Source of the DNA: Sedimentisphaerales bacterium | Lineage (GTDB): Bacteria; Planctomycetota; Phycisphaerae; Sedimentisphaerales; SM23-30 | Direction: 5' to 3' | Assembly (NCBI GenBank): GCA_963663805.2 | Contig: CAXXMR010000027.1 | Coordinates: 79,095 to 143,094 of the forward strand | Length of the DNA stretch: 64,000 nucleotides | Shown: positions 30,115-39,816 of the stretch, piece by piece | How the letters are laid out: every line of letters starts with the position of its first letter | Numbering within the stretch: position 1 is the stretch's first letter | Made by a program: the position numbers and the translations under genes | The notes under the pieces: generated by a model | The model's database searches: none | What the model was told of the DNA's origin: nothing | What the model saw: the letters and a program-made list of their open reading frames with translations, nothing else

Positions 30115-30312
30115 TCGGGCGTACCTCTGCCAAGTACGTTGAAATTTATTACAGCTTCATTATTTCTATCGGCAGGTATTGGCAGAAATGATTAGAATAG
30201 CCTGAGTCCGGTTGCCGGGGGGTTGATTTTTGGGTGGAGCTGTGTTAATACATACATCCTGATAAGGTTTAAGTATTTGTTTTGTAGCTGTTTGTGATGG
30301 CGGAGGTCGAAG

Positions 30313-31758
30313 TTGACGCGTTTACGGGTTTTGCTGCTGGGGTTGGTTGTTCATTTGTCGATATTCGTCGCGGCGGGTCATTCGGCATCTCTGAGCGGTT
30401 CTATTGATAGTCTTTTGGCCGGGAAGGACCATGCCAAAACGAGTTTTTCGATACAAATTGTGGAGCTGGGCAGCGGAAAGCCGGTTTTTTCGCGTGACGA
30501 GTCACGCACTTTGGCACCAGCCAGTAATATGAAGCTGATAACCACGGCGGCAGCCCTGGATGGATTGGGTGAGGATTTTGTATTTGAAACTATCTTTGCT
30601 ATGCAAGGGGATGATTTGGTTGTAATTGGTGCGGGTGACCCGCTGACCGGTGATGGGCGTTTGGCGGGGGTTCGTGATGAGTCGATAGCGGATATTTTTG
30701 AGCGGGTCGCGGCGGAACTGAAAAAGCGGGGCATAGAAGTGATAAAGGGTGATATGGTGGTTGACGCGTTTATCTTTGATGATGAGCGTTTTCATCCTTC
30801 GTGGCCTATTGACCAGTCTAACAAATGGTATGCCGCTGAGGTGGCGGGTTTGAATTTTAATTCCAATTGTCTGGACCTTATTTTGGAGCCGACCTGGCCG
30901 GGCGAACTGGTTAAATATGAAGTTTTTCCTAAAACCAGCTACGCTTCGCTGACCAATAAATGCAAGACGACCAGCAAAGGGTCTAATACTTCGTGGGCAT
31001 CGCGGGAGATTGGCACGAATAATATTACGATTCGAGCGAATTGCCATCGGGCCCAGACGATTAATGTTACGATTGACAGGCCGAGCGCGTTTTTTGCGAC
31101 GGTGATGTGTGAGACGCTGCTGCGGAATGGGATTAGTATTGAGGGCCGAATGGTTGGTCGGCCTGTGCGGGGAGATGATGGGAGTTTGCCAGTGGGTCTG
31201 GATGTTGTTCATGTTCACAAAACTGACCTGAAACTGGTGATTAACCGTGCTAATCGTGATAGTTTGAATCTGGCGGCGGAAGCATTGATAAAGACGCTGG
31301 GGGCGGTAAAAGGTCGTTCGGGTTCCCGGTTGGAGGCGGGTTCGTGGAGCAGCGGCAGGGCCGCGGTGGGGGCGTTTCTGGATAAGATAGGCGTGGTGGC
31401 GGGTCAATATAAGATTGATGACGGCAGTGGGTTGAGTAAGGAAAATCGGGTGTCGGCGGAATGTATAACCAAGGTGCTGGTTTATATGGCGGGACATGGG
31501 GCGAGTGAGGTTTATTTTTCGTCTCTGGCGACCCCGGAGGCGGGGACACTGGCAAAGGCGAACCGGTTTGAGGAAGATTTCTGTGACGGGAAGATTAATG
31601 CCAAAACGGGGTATATCAATAATACTCGTTCGCTAAGTGGTTATTGTGTTGATGGGGGGGATCGGCGGTACGCGTTTTCGATTTTGACTTACGGCGGGTC
31701 TTGGAAAACCAAGGGTTTAATGGATAGTATCGTCAAAAAGGTGATTCAAAACGATTAA
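30313..31758 (+). CDS. dacB: D-Ala-D-Ala carboxypeptidase/endopeptidase PBP4 (peptidase S13)
   Basis: PASNMK (SxxK), SLN (SxN), DGSGLS, AKTGYI. Confidence 0.92.
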   Translation: MTRLRVLLLGLVVHLSIFVAAGHSASLSGSIDSLLAGKDHAKTSFSIQIVELGSGKPVFSRDESRTLAPASNMKLITTAAALDGLGEDFVFETIFAMQGDDLVVIGAGDPLTGDGRLAGVRDESIADIFERVAAELKKRGIEVIKGDMVVDAFIFDDERFHPSWPIDQSNKWYAAEVAGLNFNSNCLDLILEPTWPGELVKYEVFPKTSYASLTNKCKTTSKGSNTSWASREIGTNNITIRANCHRAQTINVTIDRPSAFFATVMCETLLRNGISIEGRMVGRPVRGDDGSLPVGLDVVHVHKTDLKLVINRANRDSLNLAAEALIKTLGAVKGRSGSRLEAGSWSSGRAAVGAFLDKIGVVAGQYKIDDGSGLSKENRVSAECITKVLVYMAGHGASEVYFSSLATPEAGTLAKANRFEEDFCDGKINAKTGYINNTRSLSGYCVDGGDRRYAFSILTYGGSWKTKGLMDSIVKKVIQND

Positions 31759-32189
31759 GTTCATCAGAAATTTGGAGTGTAAGTGCTTGTTTTTGTGAGC
31801 GCGAAGGTGATTTCATGGGCGCGATGGCGGCTTAAAACGGTTTTTTCGGGTATGTGGTTCTCCTTAAAGCGCAAATTTAAGGAGCGAAATCAGCGCGATT
31901 GGGGATATTGGGGTGTAAAAAAAGTGTTTGGGGGCATGGAGGTGGTGGTTGTGGTTGTAAATATGCCTGTTTGGGGCTTTATCGCGTTGGCAAAGTCGTG
32001 TTTGCGGTGGGGTTTTTCGACGCGGTTTGGATTGGGATGCCCGGTTTTTGACGATTTTTTTTTGTTTTTTTGAATTTTGGATGAATTTTTCCGGGAAAAT
32101 CCTCGTTTTTGGTGGGTTTTTTTATGGATGTGGTGGACAGAGTTGACAAAACTGGACAGGCTGGACTGTCTGGGGTTTTGGGTAGTTTG

Positions 32190-33323
32190 CTAGGGGGTGG
32201 TCAGGTCTACCTGGGAGAATTCGAATTGCTGGTCGGGTTCGGTTCTCCATTTGTTTAGCCAGGGTGAGTAGGTCTGGACGCGGACTTTTTGTTCGGTTGG
32301 TGAGAACGAAACGATTCGGAAATAGCCGTTGCCTCCGTTGTCTTCGAACTGGTAGTTGGCGAGCATCTGGTAGACGAGGTTGCCGTTTTCGCCGGTGCTG
32401 ATTAGGGTGCCGACTCCGTCGTTGAGGATGTGGCCGCTGAAGACAAATGAAATGTTGGGGTGGCGTTTGACGAAGCTGTCCCATATTTCATCGCCGTCGT
32501 TACATACTTCGTCGTCGAGGGCGGTTTGGCAAACGGTATAAGCGTGAGGGTTCCATTTGTCGCCGGTGCCGATTCTGGTTTCATCGGAATACATATAAGC
32601 GTGGGTGACAACGATGACGCGGCGGTGGGGATGGTCGGCGACTATGCTGTTGGCCCAGTTGAGTATTTCAATTCGGGGGCCGAACTCCAATGCCATAACG
32701 AGCCAGTCGGTGCCGCCGGCGGTGAAGTAGTGATAGCTGTTTTCGGCGTGGTCGGGTTCGTAGGTATCGACCAGGTTAGCGAAACGTGAGACCGGAAAGT
32801 ACTGGTTGAAATATGACATATCACGGGTAGCTGTTTTTCCGTCGGCGCCGGTGTCGTGATTGCCGGGAACGGCGACATAGGGTACGTTAGCATTGTCCAG
32901 GTTTGCCATGGCGATGGTGGCGTTGTCCCATTCGCGGAGGGCGTTGTGGTTGGTGAAATCGCCTTCGTGGAGGACGAATTTTATGCGGTATTGGTCCTGG
33001 TTGTCGGCGATCCACTGGGTTTGGCTATTGTAAACTTCCGGTTTGTAGTCGGAGTAGTTTTGGGTATCTGGCAGCAGGACGATTGAAAATTCCTGATCGG
33101 AGCGTATGCGTATTTCGGTCTGGGCCTGGACGTTTCCCGATTCGCTGAGCCATTGTTCAAACAGTAGGGCGAGGTCGAGCAGGTCTACTTTGCCGTTGCC
33201 GTTGATGTCGGCGGTGAGCGGGGGCTGGTCGGCTGGTGCGTAAGAGTTTGTCGATAAAGCGATTAGGAGTAGGGTTGTCGCGAAGGTGAATCTTTGAAAA
33301 AGTTTTTGGCTGATTTTTGGCAT
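32190..33323 (-). CDS. Secreted calcineurin-like metallophosphoesterase with N-terminal dockerin-like module
   Basis: DINGNGKVDLLDL; LPDTQ, HEGD, GNHD, VTH, SGH. Confidence 0.85.
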   Translation of the reverse strand: MPKISQKLFQRFTFATTLLLIALSTNSYAPADQPPLTADINGNGKVDLLDLALLFEQWLSESGNVQAQTEIRIRSDQEFSIVLLPDTQNYSDYKPEVYNSQTQWIADNQDQYRIKFVLHEGDFTNHNALREWDNATIAMANLDNANVPYVAVPGNHDTGADGKTATRDMSYFNQYFPVSRFANLVDTYEPDHAENSYHYFTAGGTDWLVMALEFGPRIEILNWANSIVADHPHRRVIVVTHAYMYSDETRIGTGDKWNPHAYTVCQTALDDEVCNDGDEIWDSFVKRHPNISFVFSGHILNDGVGTLISTGENGNLVYQMLANYQFEDNGGNGYFRIVSFSPTEQKVRVQTYSPWLNKWRTEPDQQFEFSQVDLTTP

Positions 33324-33433
33324 TATGATTCTCCGGCAAAATCCTCTTTTTTTTCCTTAAGCCAGCTGGGCTGGAAATTCTAAACAATATTGAAACGGAA
33401 ATAACTTAAAATATCAAGCAACAGGCAAGAATA

Positions 33434-33489
33434 ATGGTTTTGGGTGGTCGTATCCGGCGTCTTACGCGGCTCGGCTTTTGTTTGAGCAA
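33434..33489. repeat. REP-like repeat, copy 1
   Basis: 45/56 identical to 35430-35485; core ccggcgtcttacgcggctcgg. Confidence 0.7.
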
Positions 33490-33552
33490 CGCGTCCATGA
33501 GGCAAGGGGCAAGAGTGACACGGCTCGGTGCCGGCCTTTGGCATGGTTATTT

Positions 33553-35340
33553 TTATTGGCAGTATTCTTTTATGGCGGCAATGAAGATTTCGGCGTATTG
33601 TTTGCATTTTCTTTGGCCCACGCCTTTGATTTCAAGGAATGTTTCGGATGATTCGGGTTTGCTGTAGGCCATGTCGCGCAGGGCAGTATCGCCGAACACC
33701 ACGTAGGCAGGTATGCCTTTTTCGGCGGCGATCCGGGTGCGTAATTGTCGGAGTTTTTCGAACAGTTCTTTGTCCACGCCTTGCCAGGATGTGGCGGCGA
33801 CTTTGGAGATTTTGTTTTTTTTGCCGGTGGGTTTGAGCAGTCTTGGGGTGGTTTGGCCCTTCATAGCCTGCCAGCCTTTTGGGGTTACCCGGAGGACATT
33901 ATAGTCGCCGTACTTTTCGATATATTTTTGGCCGGTGAGCTGTTCGATCCAGTCGCGGACGGTGCGTTGCGGGTGTTCTTTGAGCAGGCCGTAGGTGCTG
34001 AGCTGGTCGTGCTGGTTTTCGAGGAGACGCTGGTCTTTTGAGCCGGTGAGAACTTCAGCGATATAGTTGCCGCCGAATCGCTGCTCGGCGCGGACGATAC
34101 AGGAGAGGATTTTCTGGGCGATAATGAGAGCGTCGTCTATAAAGTCCAGGTCGCCGAGGCAGATGTCGCAGGCGTTGCAGTTTTCGCTTTGTAGTTCCTG
34201 TCCGAAATAATTTAGTATGGCCTGATGGCGGCAGGTTGCGGCGGTGCAGAAGTTGTACATATCGCTGAGTTTTTCGAGGGCGACTTTGTGGGGTTCTGGG
34301 GGCATGTCGGCGATGAGTTTTTTCCAGATAGCGTAATCTCCGCCGGAATAGAACAGGCAGCATTCGGCTTCGAGCCCGTCTCTTCCGGCTCTTCCGCTCT
34401 CCTGCTGATAATGCTCAAGTGACTTGGGCATGCCCGAATGGAGGACGAACCGGACATTGGATTTATCGATGCCCATACCGAAGGCGACGGTGGCGACGAT
34501 GATGTCAACTTTTTCGGTGATGAAGAGGTCCTGGTTTTTTTTTCGGTCTTCATCTTCCATGCCGGCGTGATAGGGTGCGGCACGATAGCCCTGAGCTTTT
34601 AGTCGAGCGGCCATTTCGTTGACATTATTACGGCTGATGCAGTAGATGACACCCGATTCGCCTTTGTGTCGGTTGAGCACGGCGCATATCTGGGCGAAAA
34701 TATTTTTACGAGGGGTGACTTTATAGGTGAGATTGGGCCGGTCGAAGGAGCCGGTGAGCATCTGGGGGCTGTTGAGTTTTAACTGGCGGGCGATGTCCTG
34801 GCGGACATGGTCGGTGGCGGTGGCGGTGTAGGCGGCGATGGTTATTCCGTCGAGGATGTCTTTTAATCTGCCGAGCTGTCGGTATTCTGGTCTGAAATCG
34901 TGGCCCCACATACTGACGCAATGGGCTTCGTCGATGGCGATGAATGAGATTTTCAGATTGCTGAGGGTTGCGAGAAAACCATCAGAGAGCAGTCTTTCGG
35001 GTGAAATATAAAGCAGTTTAAGTTCGTCGTTGCGGGCTCGGTTTAAGGTGATTTGCTGTTCGGAAGGTGAAAGTGAGCTGTCGAGTCGTTCGGCGGGTAC
35101 TCCGCATTCTTTAAGGGCATCGACCTGGTCTTTCATAAGTGATATTAGAGGTGAGACAACCAGTGCCAGGCCGGGCATGGTTAGGGCGGGGGCCTGAAAA
35201 CATAGTGATTTTCCCCCGCCGGTCGGCAGTACGACGACCGAATCGGTCCCGGAGCTAATGCACTGCATGGCTTCTTTCTGAAGCGGCAGGAAGCTGTTAA
35301 AGCCCCAGTATTGGGTTAATGCCTGTTCAATATTCTTCAT
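33553..35340 (-). CDS. recQ: ATP-dependent DNA helicase RecQ
   Basis: PTGGGKS, DEAHC, WGHDFRP, QESGRAGRDG, zinc/RQC and HRDC domains. Confidence 0.96.
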   Translation of the reverse strand: MKNIEQALTQYWGFNSFLPLQKEAMQCISSGTDSVVVLPTGGGKSLCFQAPALTMPGLALVVSPLISLMKDQVDALKECGVPAERLDSSLSPSEQQITLNRARNDELKLLYISPERLLSDGFLATLSNLKISFIAIDEAHCVSMWGHDFRPEYRQLGRLKDILDGITIAAYTATATDHVRQDIARQLKLNSPQMLTGSFDRPNLTYKVTPRKNIFAQICAVLNRHKGESGVIYCISRNNVNEMAARLKAQGYRAAPYHAGMEDEDRKKNQDLFITEKVDIIVATVAFGMGIDKSNVRFVLHSGMPKSLEHYQQESGRAGRDGLEAECCLFYSGGDYAIWKKLIADMPPEPHKVALEKLSDMYNFCTAATCRHQAILNYFGQELQSENCNACDICLGDLDFIDDALIIAQKILSCIVRAEQRFGGNYIAEVLTGSKDQRLLENQHDQLSTYGLLKEHPQRTVRDWIEQLTGQKYIEKYGDYNVLRVTPKGWQAMKGQTTPRLLKPTGKKNKISKVAATSWQGVDKELFEKLRQLRTRIAAEKGIPAYVVFGDTALRDMAYSKPESSETFLEIKGVGQRKCKQYAEIFIAAIKEYCQ

Positions 35341-35429
35341 GTTGGGGGCATTTTAGGGTAAATTTATGGCGAAAACAAGGGTAAGCGTTCGTAGTGGTTT
35401 CTTTCGCCTGTTTGGTGGTTGGGTTAAGT

Positions 35430-35485
35430 ATGGTTTTTAGTGGTCTTATCCGGCCGCTTACGCGTCTCGGTTCCTGTTTGGGTAA
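35430..35485. repeat. REP-like repeat, copy 2
   Basis: Core ccggccgcttacgcgtctcgg; direct repeat of 33434-33489. Confidence 0.7.
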
Positions 35486-35810
35486 TATGCCTTTTGGTTA
35501 CCGGACAACAAGCCTGGGTATTCGGACCCAATAGGGGCAATTTTCGGGGATTTGAAAAAAATGTCTCAGGTTCAGTTAATATCCGCATAGATATGACAAC
35601 CGTTACAAGTATATGGTCTGGCATATTGGTTGTTACGGTTGTGCGGATTTGGCGGGGGCGGGTCGGTGTTGTTATCGGGCCTTTGGATGCTATTAACAGG
35701 GTTATCAGGTATGCTTTTGGCGAAAGTCTGGTTCTGGGCGTACCGACTTTAGACATAGCGTAGTTGTATTATGCATTACATATACCTGTCGGAAGGCAGG
35801 GGAGGTAGTT

Positions 35811-36272
35811 ATGAGTTCAGGCGAGAGAACCAGAGGTATTACCCTGGGCGAGCTGATGTTGATAGTGGTGGTTCTGATTATTGTCGGTGCTTTGGCAGTC
35901 CCTCATTTGAGTGTCGCTTCCGGGGATCCCACAGAACGTGAGTTGCTGGGTAACCTTTTGATGCTTCGTTCGCAGTTGGAGCTTTATCGTGTTCAGCACG
36001 AAAATCGTTATCCTCAATTTAACGTTGATAATCCTGTTGAGCCGGTATCGGTTGAACTGTTTGTGACACGTCTGTCTTCCCGGACGAATTCCCGTCACCA
36101 ATTAGGTGGCTTGTGCGGTCCTTATATGGAGGACTTGCCGGTTAATCCCTATAATGGGATGAGTACGCTGCGGTTTGGTACTACTCCTGGCAAGAACATG
36201 GCTGGCTGGGTTTATAACCCCAAGGAAAAGTGGCTTAGCGCGGACGACAGTGTCGAACATGCCCAGTGGTAA
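35811..36272 (+). CDS. Pilin/pseudopilin (GspG-like)
   Basis: RG|ITLGELMLIVVVLIIVGALAVP; LRSQLELYRVQH; GPYMEDLPVNPYNG. Confidence 0.8.
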   Translation: MSSGERTRGITLGELMLIVVVLIIVGALAVPHLSVASGDPTERELLGNLLMLRSQLELYRVQHENRYPQFNVDNPVEPVSVELFVTRLSSRTNSRHQLGGLCGPYMEDLPVNPYNGMSTLRFGTTPGKNMAGWVYNPKEKWLSADDSVEHAQW

Positions 36273-36475
36273 ACAGGGCCGATAACTGTTGGTTTTGCGT
36301 TATCCACAAATGCAAAAAAGCTTCTATCAGGGCTTCTTTGCCCGTAATTCTATATATTGTCAAATAGTGATTTATTCGTGGTTAAGGCCTGTCGATACCC
36401 TGAACAGGAAATAGTCTTGCTGCGCCGGTCCGGTTGGCTGCGTTAGCGAAGGCGATAACTTGGACAGGGTCCGAT

Positions 36476-38566
36476 ATGCAGAAAGCGAAACGACATGTAA
36501 TTCCGGGTGGGGCGGCGGTAATACGGACTCTGCTGATATTGTTTGTTTGTGGGGGTTTTGCTTTTGGGCAGTTTGGCGTTGCCGCTGACGAGGAATCGTC
36601 CGTTGGTTTGCGGGAACATTTGCTGGAGCAGATGCAGCAGATACTGGATAAAACCGGTTCCGATAGCGAAGAAATGCAACTGGCGATGATGCAGACTCAG
36701 ATTCAGCCGGGCGAGGAAATACCCCAGGCAAAAACGAAAGGGGAGAATCCGGGCGAAGATTTGGCAGAGCCTTCGGCGGTGGAATTGCCCGCGGGCCCGC
36801 CTTCGGGTGAGATTTTGTCGGAGATGGCTGCGCCGGGGTCTGACGGAGTCAGCGAATCGTTGATGTTCAAGGGTGAGGTAAACGATTTTCTGAAGATGCT
36901 CAGTGTTTCGTATCGGCGGAATATCATCACATCGCCGGCGGTGCGGGGGCGGATTTCCGTTACTTTGTTTGATTTTACTCTGAAGGAGGCACTTGACGCG
37001 GTGCTGCCTATCAATGGTTATGTTTATGAGGAGAACGGGCCCTATATCACGGTCTATACCACGGGGGAATACGACAAGCTGCGTACCGCTGAGCGTAAGA
37101 CCGAGATGCGAACTTTTCATCTTAATTATGTGCCCGCGAAAGATGTTCAGGAAATGATTTTGCCTCTGGTTAGTACGGAAGGTTCAATTACGACCTCTCC
37201 GGAAGTTGCCGATGGGGGCCCGGCTGACAGTTGGGCAGGTTCCAACTGTCTGATAGTGCGTGATTATCCGGAAAATATTGAGCAAATCGCGGTAATTGTT
37301 AAGGAACTGGATGTCAGACCTTTGCAGGTGCTGGTGGAAGCGACGATTCTGGTGGCATCGCTGAAAGACAAGAACGAGCTGGGCATAGATTTCAGTATGC
37401 TGGCGGGCGTTGATTTTCAGGCAGCCAACGGTTCGGTAGGCACGATACCGGAAGGGTCGGTTTCTCTTTCGGGGACCAGCAGCAGTATGGGGACAGGCTT
37501 TTCCAATAGTGTAACGGGTGGTGGTCTTTCGATAGGTGTGGTCAAGAGCAATATCGGGCTGTTTATCGAGGCGTTGGAAAGTACTACGGATGTGGTGACT
37601 CTGGGCAATCCGAAGGTTCTTACTCTGAATCGTCAGGAAGGCAAGGTTATTGTCGGTAACCGGGACGGCTATGTGACGACTGAATCCACCCAGACGGCGA
37701 CTATTCAGAAAATTGAGTTTTTGGAGACTGGTACTCAGCTTACGTTTCGGCCTTTTGTGATGGACAGCGATTATATCCGCATGGAGCTTAATCCGAAAGA
37801 CAGCGGGGGCGGGGTTGAGGTTACAGGTAATTTCACTTTGCCTTCGGAGCAGACCGCGGAAGTGGAGACGAATATTCTGGTGCGGGATGGTGAGACTATC
37901 GTTATTGGTGGTCTGTTCCGTGACAAAACCAATATTACGCATTCTCAGGTGCCGGTTCTGGGCAGTATACCGGGGTTGGGTGCTTTGTTTCGCAGTACCA
38001 GCGATGATGTCAGCAAAGAGGAAGTTATTTTTCTGATTACGCCGCGGATTTTGCGGGAGCCGGCAGCGTATGCGATGGGTCGTGAAGCTCGTGAGCAGGT
38101 AAAGCGTATTTCTCTGGGGATGCGTGAAGGTCTTATGCGGACCGGTCGGGATCGTTTGGCGGCGATGCACTATCAGCAGGCCCGTCAGCTTCAGCAGCAG
38201 GGTAATTATGAGAAGGCTTTGCAGAAGGTTCAGTTTGCCACACAGATTAGCCCGGCATTTCTGGACGCTCATCGTTTGTATGACGAACTTAGCGACCGGG
38301 AGCTTATCGAGGGGCAGACGGGCACGATGGAGCGTTTTCTGGAAAACCTTATCGAGAAGGAAAATCAGCTTTATCCGTCCCAAAGTCGTAATGTTGTTTA
38401 TTTGGCGGTGCCGGGCTCTGATTTTGGCGCTAATCAGCCTATGCAGATTGCGGAGAGTTCGGGTTTGGTTTCGCCGGGCGATTCGGGTCAGGAAAAAGAA
38501 GCGTTGGAATGGATGCAGTGGCTTTTTTCTGAAGACGAGGACCGCGGCGGGGGAGGGGCTGACTGA
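36476..38566 (+). CDS. Secretin (GspD/PilQ family)
   Basis: N domains, QVLVEATI, NPKVLTLN, GETIVIGGL, VPVLGSIPGLGALF, FLITPRI. Confidence 0.9.
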   Translation: MQKAKRHVIPGGAAVIRTLLILFVCGGFAFGQFGVAADEESSVGLREHLLEQMQQILDKTGSDSEEMQLAMMQTQIQPGEEIPQAKTKGENPGEDLAEPSAVELPAGPPSGEILSEMAAPGSDGVSESLMFKGEVNDFLKMLSVSYRRNIITSPAVRGRISVTLFDFTLKEALDAVLPINGYVYEENGPYITVYTTGEYDKLRTAERKTEMRTFHLNYVPAKDVQEMILPLVSTEGSITTSPEVADGGPADSWAGSNCLIVRDYPENIEQIAVIVKELDVRPLQVLVEATILVASLKDKNELGIDFSMLAGVDFQAANGSVGTIPEGSVSLSGTSSSMGTGFSNSVTGGGLSIGVVKSNIGLFIEALESTTDVVTLGNPKVLTLNRQEGKVIVGNRDGYVTTESTQTATIQKIEFLETGTQLTFRPFVMDSDYIRMELNPKDSGGGVEVTGNFTLPSEQTAEVETNILVRDGETIVIGGLFRDKTNITHSQVPVLGSIPGLGALFRSTSDDVSKEEVIFLITPRILREPAAYAMGREAREQVKRISLGMREGLMRTGRDRLAAMHYQQARQLQQQGNYEKALQKVQFATQISPAFLDAHRLYDELSDRELIEGQTGTMERFLENLIEKENQLYPSQSRNVVYLAVPGSDFGANQPMQIAESSGLVSPGDSGQEKEALEWMQWLFSEDEDRGGGGAD

Positions 38567-39798
38567 TGGACAGGAATATTATTATGTTGGCCAAGTCCAA
38601 TACAATACGAGTTTTGGTAATGGTTGTCTGGTTGAGCGTGCTGTTGTGCGGCTGTCAGGGTGATTTTAAGGCGGACAAGGAAGCGGCGGTTAAGCGTTGG
38701 AATAGTTCACGGTCAGAGATGACGATGCGTCTGGCGAGGCAGGAGTTTGATGCGGGTGATTTTGGGAAAGCTTTGCAGAACGTTCAGACGGCCGCGGCGC
38801 TGAACCCGGACGAACCCGGTCTTGATTTTCTGCGGGGACGTATTCATCTGGAGCAGAATCATCTGCGTCAGGCGAGAGCGTCGTTTGAAAACTGTTTGAG
38901 TAAAGAGGCAGGGAACCATCAGGCGTATTATTATCTGGGCATAATCGCTGAGCGTGAGAATGATTTGCGTGAGGCGTTTAATAGTTATCGTGCCGCTTTG
39001 GGGGCTGACCGGGATAATGCATCGTATCTGCGGGCTCTGGCGGAAACTCTGGCTCATCTGGACCAGCACGAGCAGGTTATTCGTCTGGTTGATTCTCATT
39101 TGGCTGGCGGTGGTCAGGATGCCGGATTGATGATGCTGGCTGGTCAGAGTCTGAGTTTGCAAAAGGAATACAAGCGTGCGGCCTTGATGTTTGACCAGGC
39201 CCGCATGGTTAATCCTGATGATATTCTGGCGGCTGAGAGTTCCGCTCTGGCCCATTACCGGGCGGGCGAGTATGAGCAGGCCCGTGCGGGGTTTGAGAGT
39301 CTGGAAAGTTTGGCGGTCGCCCAGGGTCGGCAGTTGAATGTGGGCTGTGAGTTGGCGTGGGGTGATTGTCTGGCGGCTTTGGGTCAGTATCGTCAGGCAC
39401 GTCAGTGTTATGAAAAAATTCGCAGTGAGCAGGGCGAGAAACACTATTTGTGGACCCGGCTGGGGCAGACTGCTTTAGCCCGGGGCGATTTGAAGCAGGC
39501 CCGTGATTACGCGAAATATTGTCTGGCCCAGGACCATAGCGATAATGATGCTTTGCTGTTGTTGGGTTATACGGCCTTGCGTCAGAAAGATTACCAGCTG
39601 GCTCGGCGGGCCTTGGAAACTTTGGTGGACCGTAACGATGATGGGGCTTTGGCCTGGTATCTGTTGGCGCAGGCTCAGCAGGGTTTGGGTGATAAGGTTG
39701 CGGCGCGGAATTCATATAATCAGGCCTTGAAGCTGGAACCGGGGATGGCAATTGCTCAACAAGGATTAAGGCAATCGGGTAATGTGCGTCAGTATTAG
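38566..39798 (+). CDS. TPR lipoprotein (pilotin-like)
   Basis: Lipobox LCGC; multiple TPR repeats; start overlaps the secretin stop codon. Confidence 0.8.
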   Translation: MDRNIIMLAKSNTIRVLVMVVWLSVLLCGCQGDFKADKEAAVKRWNSSRSEMTMRLARQEFDAGDFGKALQNVQTAAALNPDEPGLDFLRGRIHLEQNHLRQARASFENCLSKEAGNHQAYYYLGIIAERENDLREAFNSYRAALGADRDNASYLRALAETLAHLDQHEQVIRLVDSHLAGGGQDAGLMMLAGQSLSLQKEYKRAALMFDQARMVNPDDILAAESSALAHYRAGEYEQARAGFESLESLAVAQGRQLNVGCELAWGDCLAALGQYRQARQCYEKIRSEQGEKHYLWTRLGQTALARGDLKQARDYAKYCLAQDHSDNDALLLLGYTALRQKDYQLARRALETLVDRNDDGALAWYLLAQAQQGLGDKVAARNSYNQALKLEPGMAIAQQGLRQSGNVRQY

Positions 39799-39816
39799 GA
39801 CACGGGAGAATTTGTT

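Noticed and set aside
30166..30195. sigma28 promoter for the 29755-30114 gene
   Set aside because: GCCGATAG -10 is present but there is no TAAA at the proper spacing
36300..36308. Perfect DnaA box TTATCCACA (also TTATACACA at 61046-61054) as oriC
   Set aside because: Isolated boxes, no cluster and no adjacent dnaA or dnaN; expected by chance
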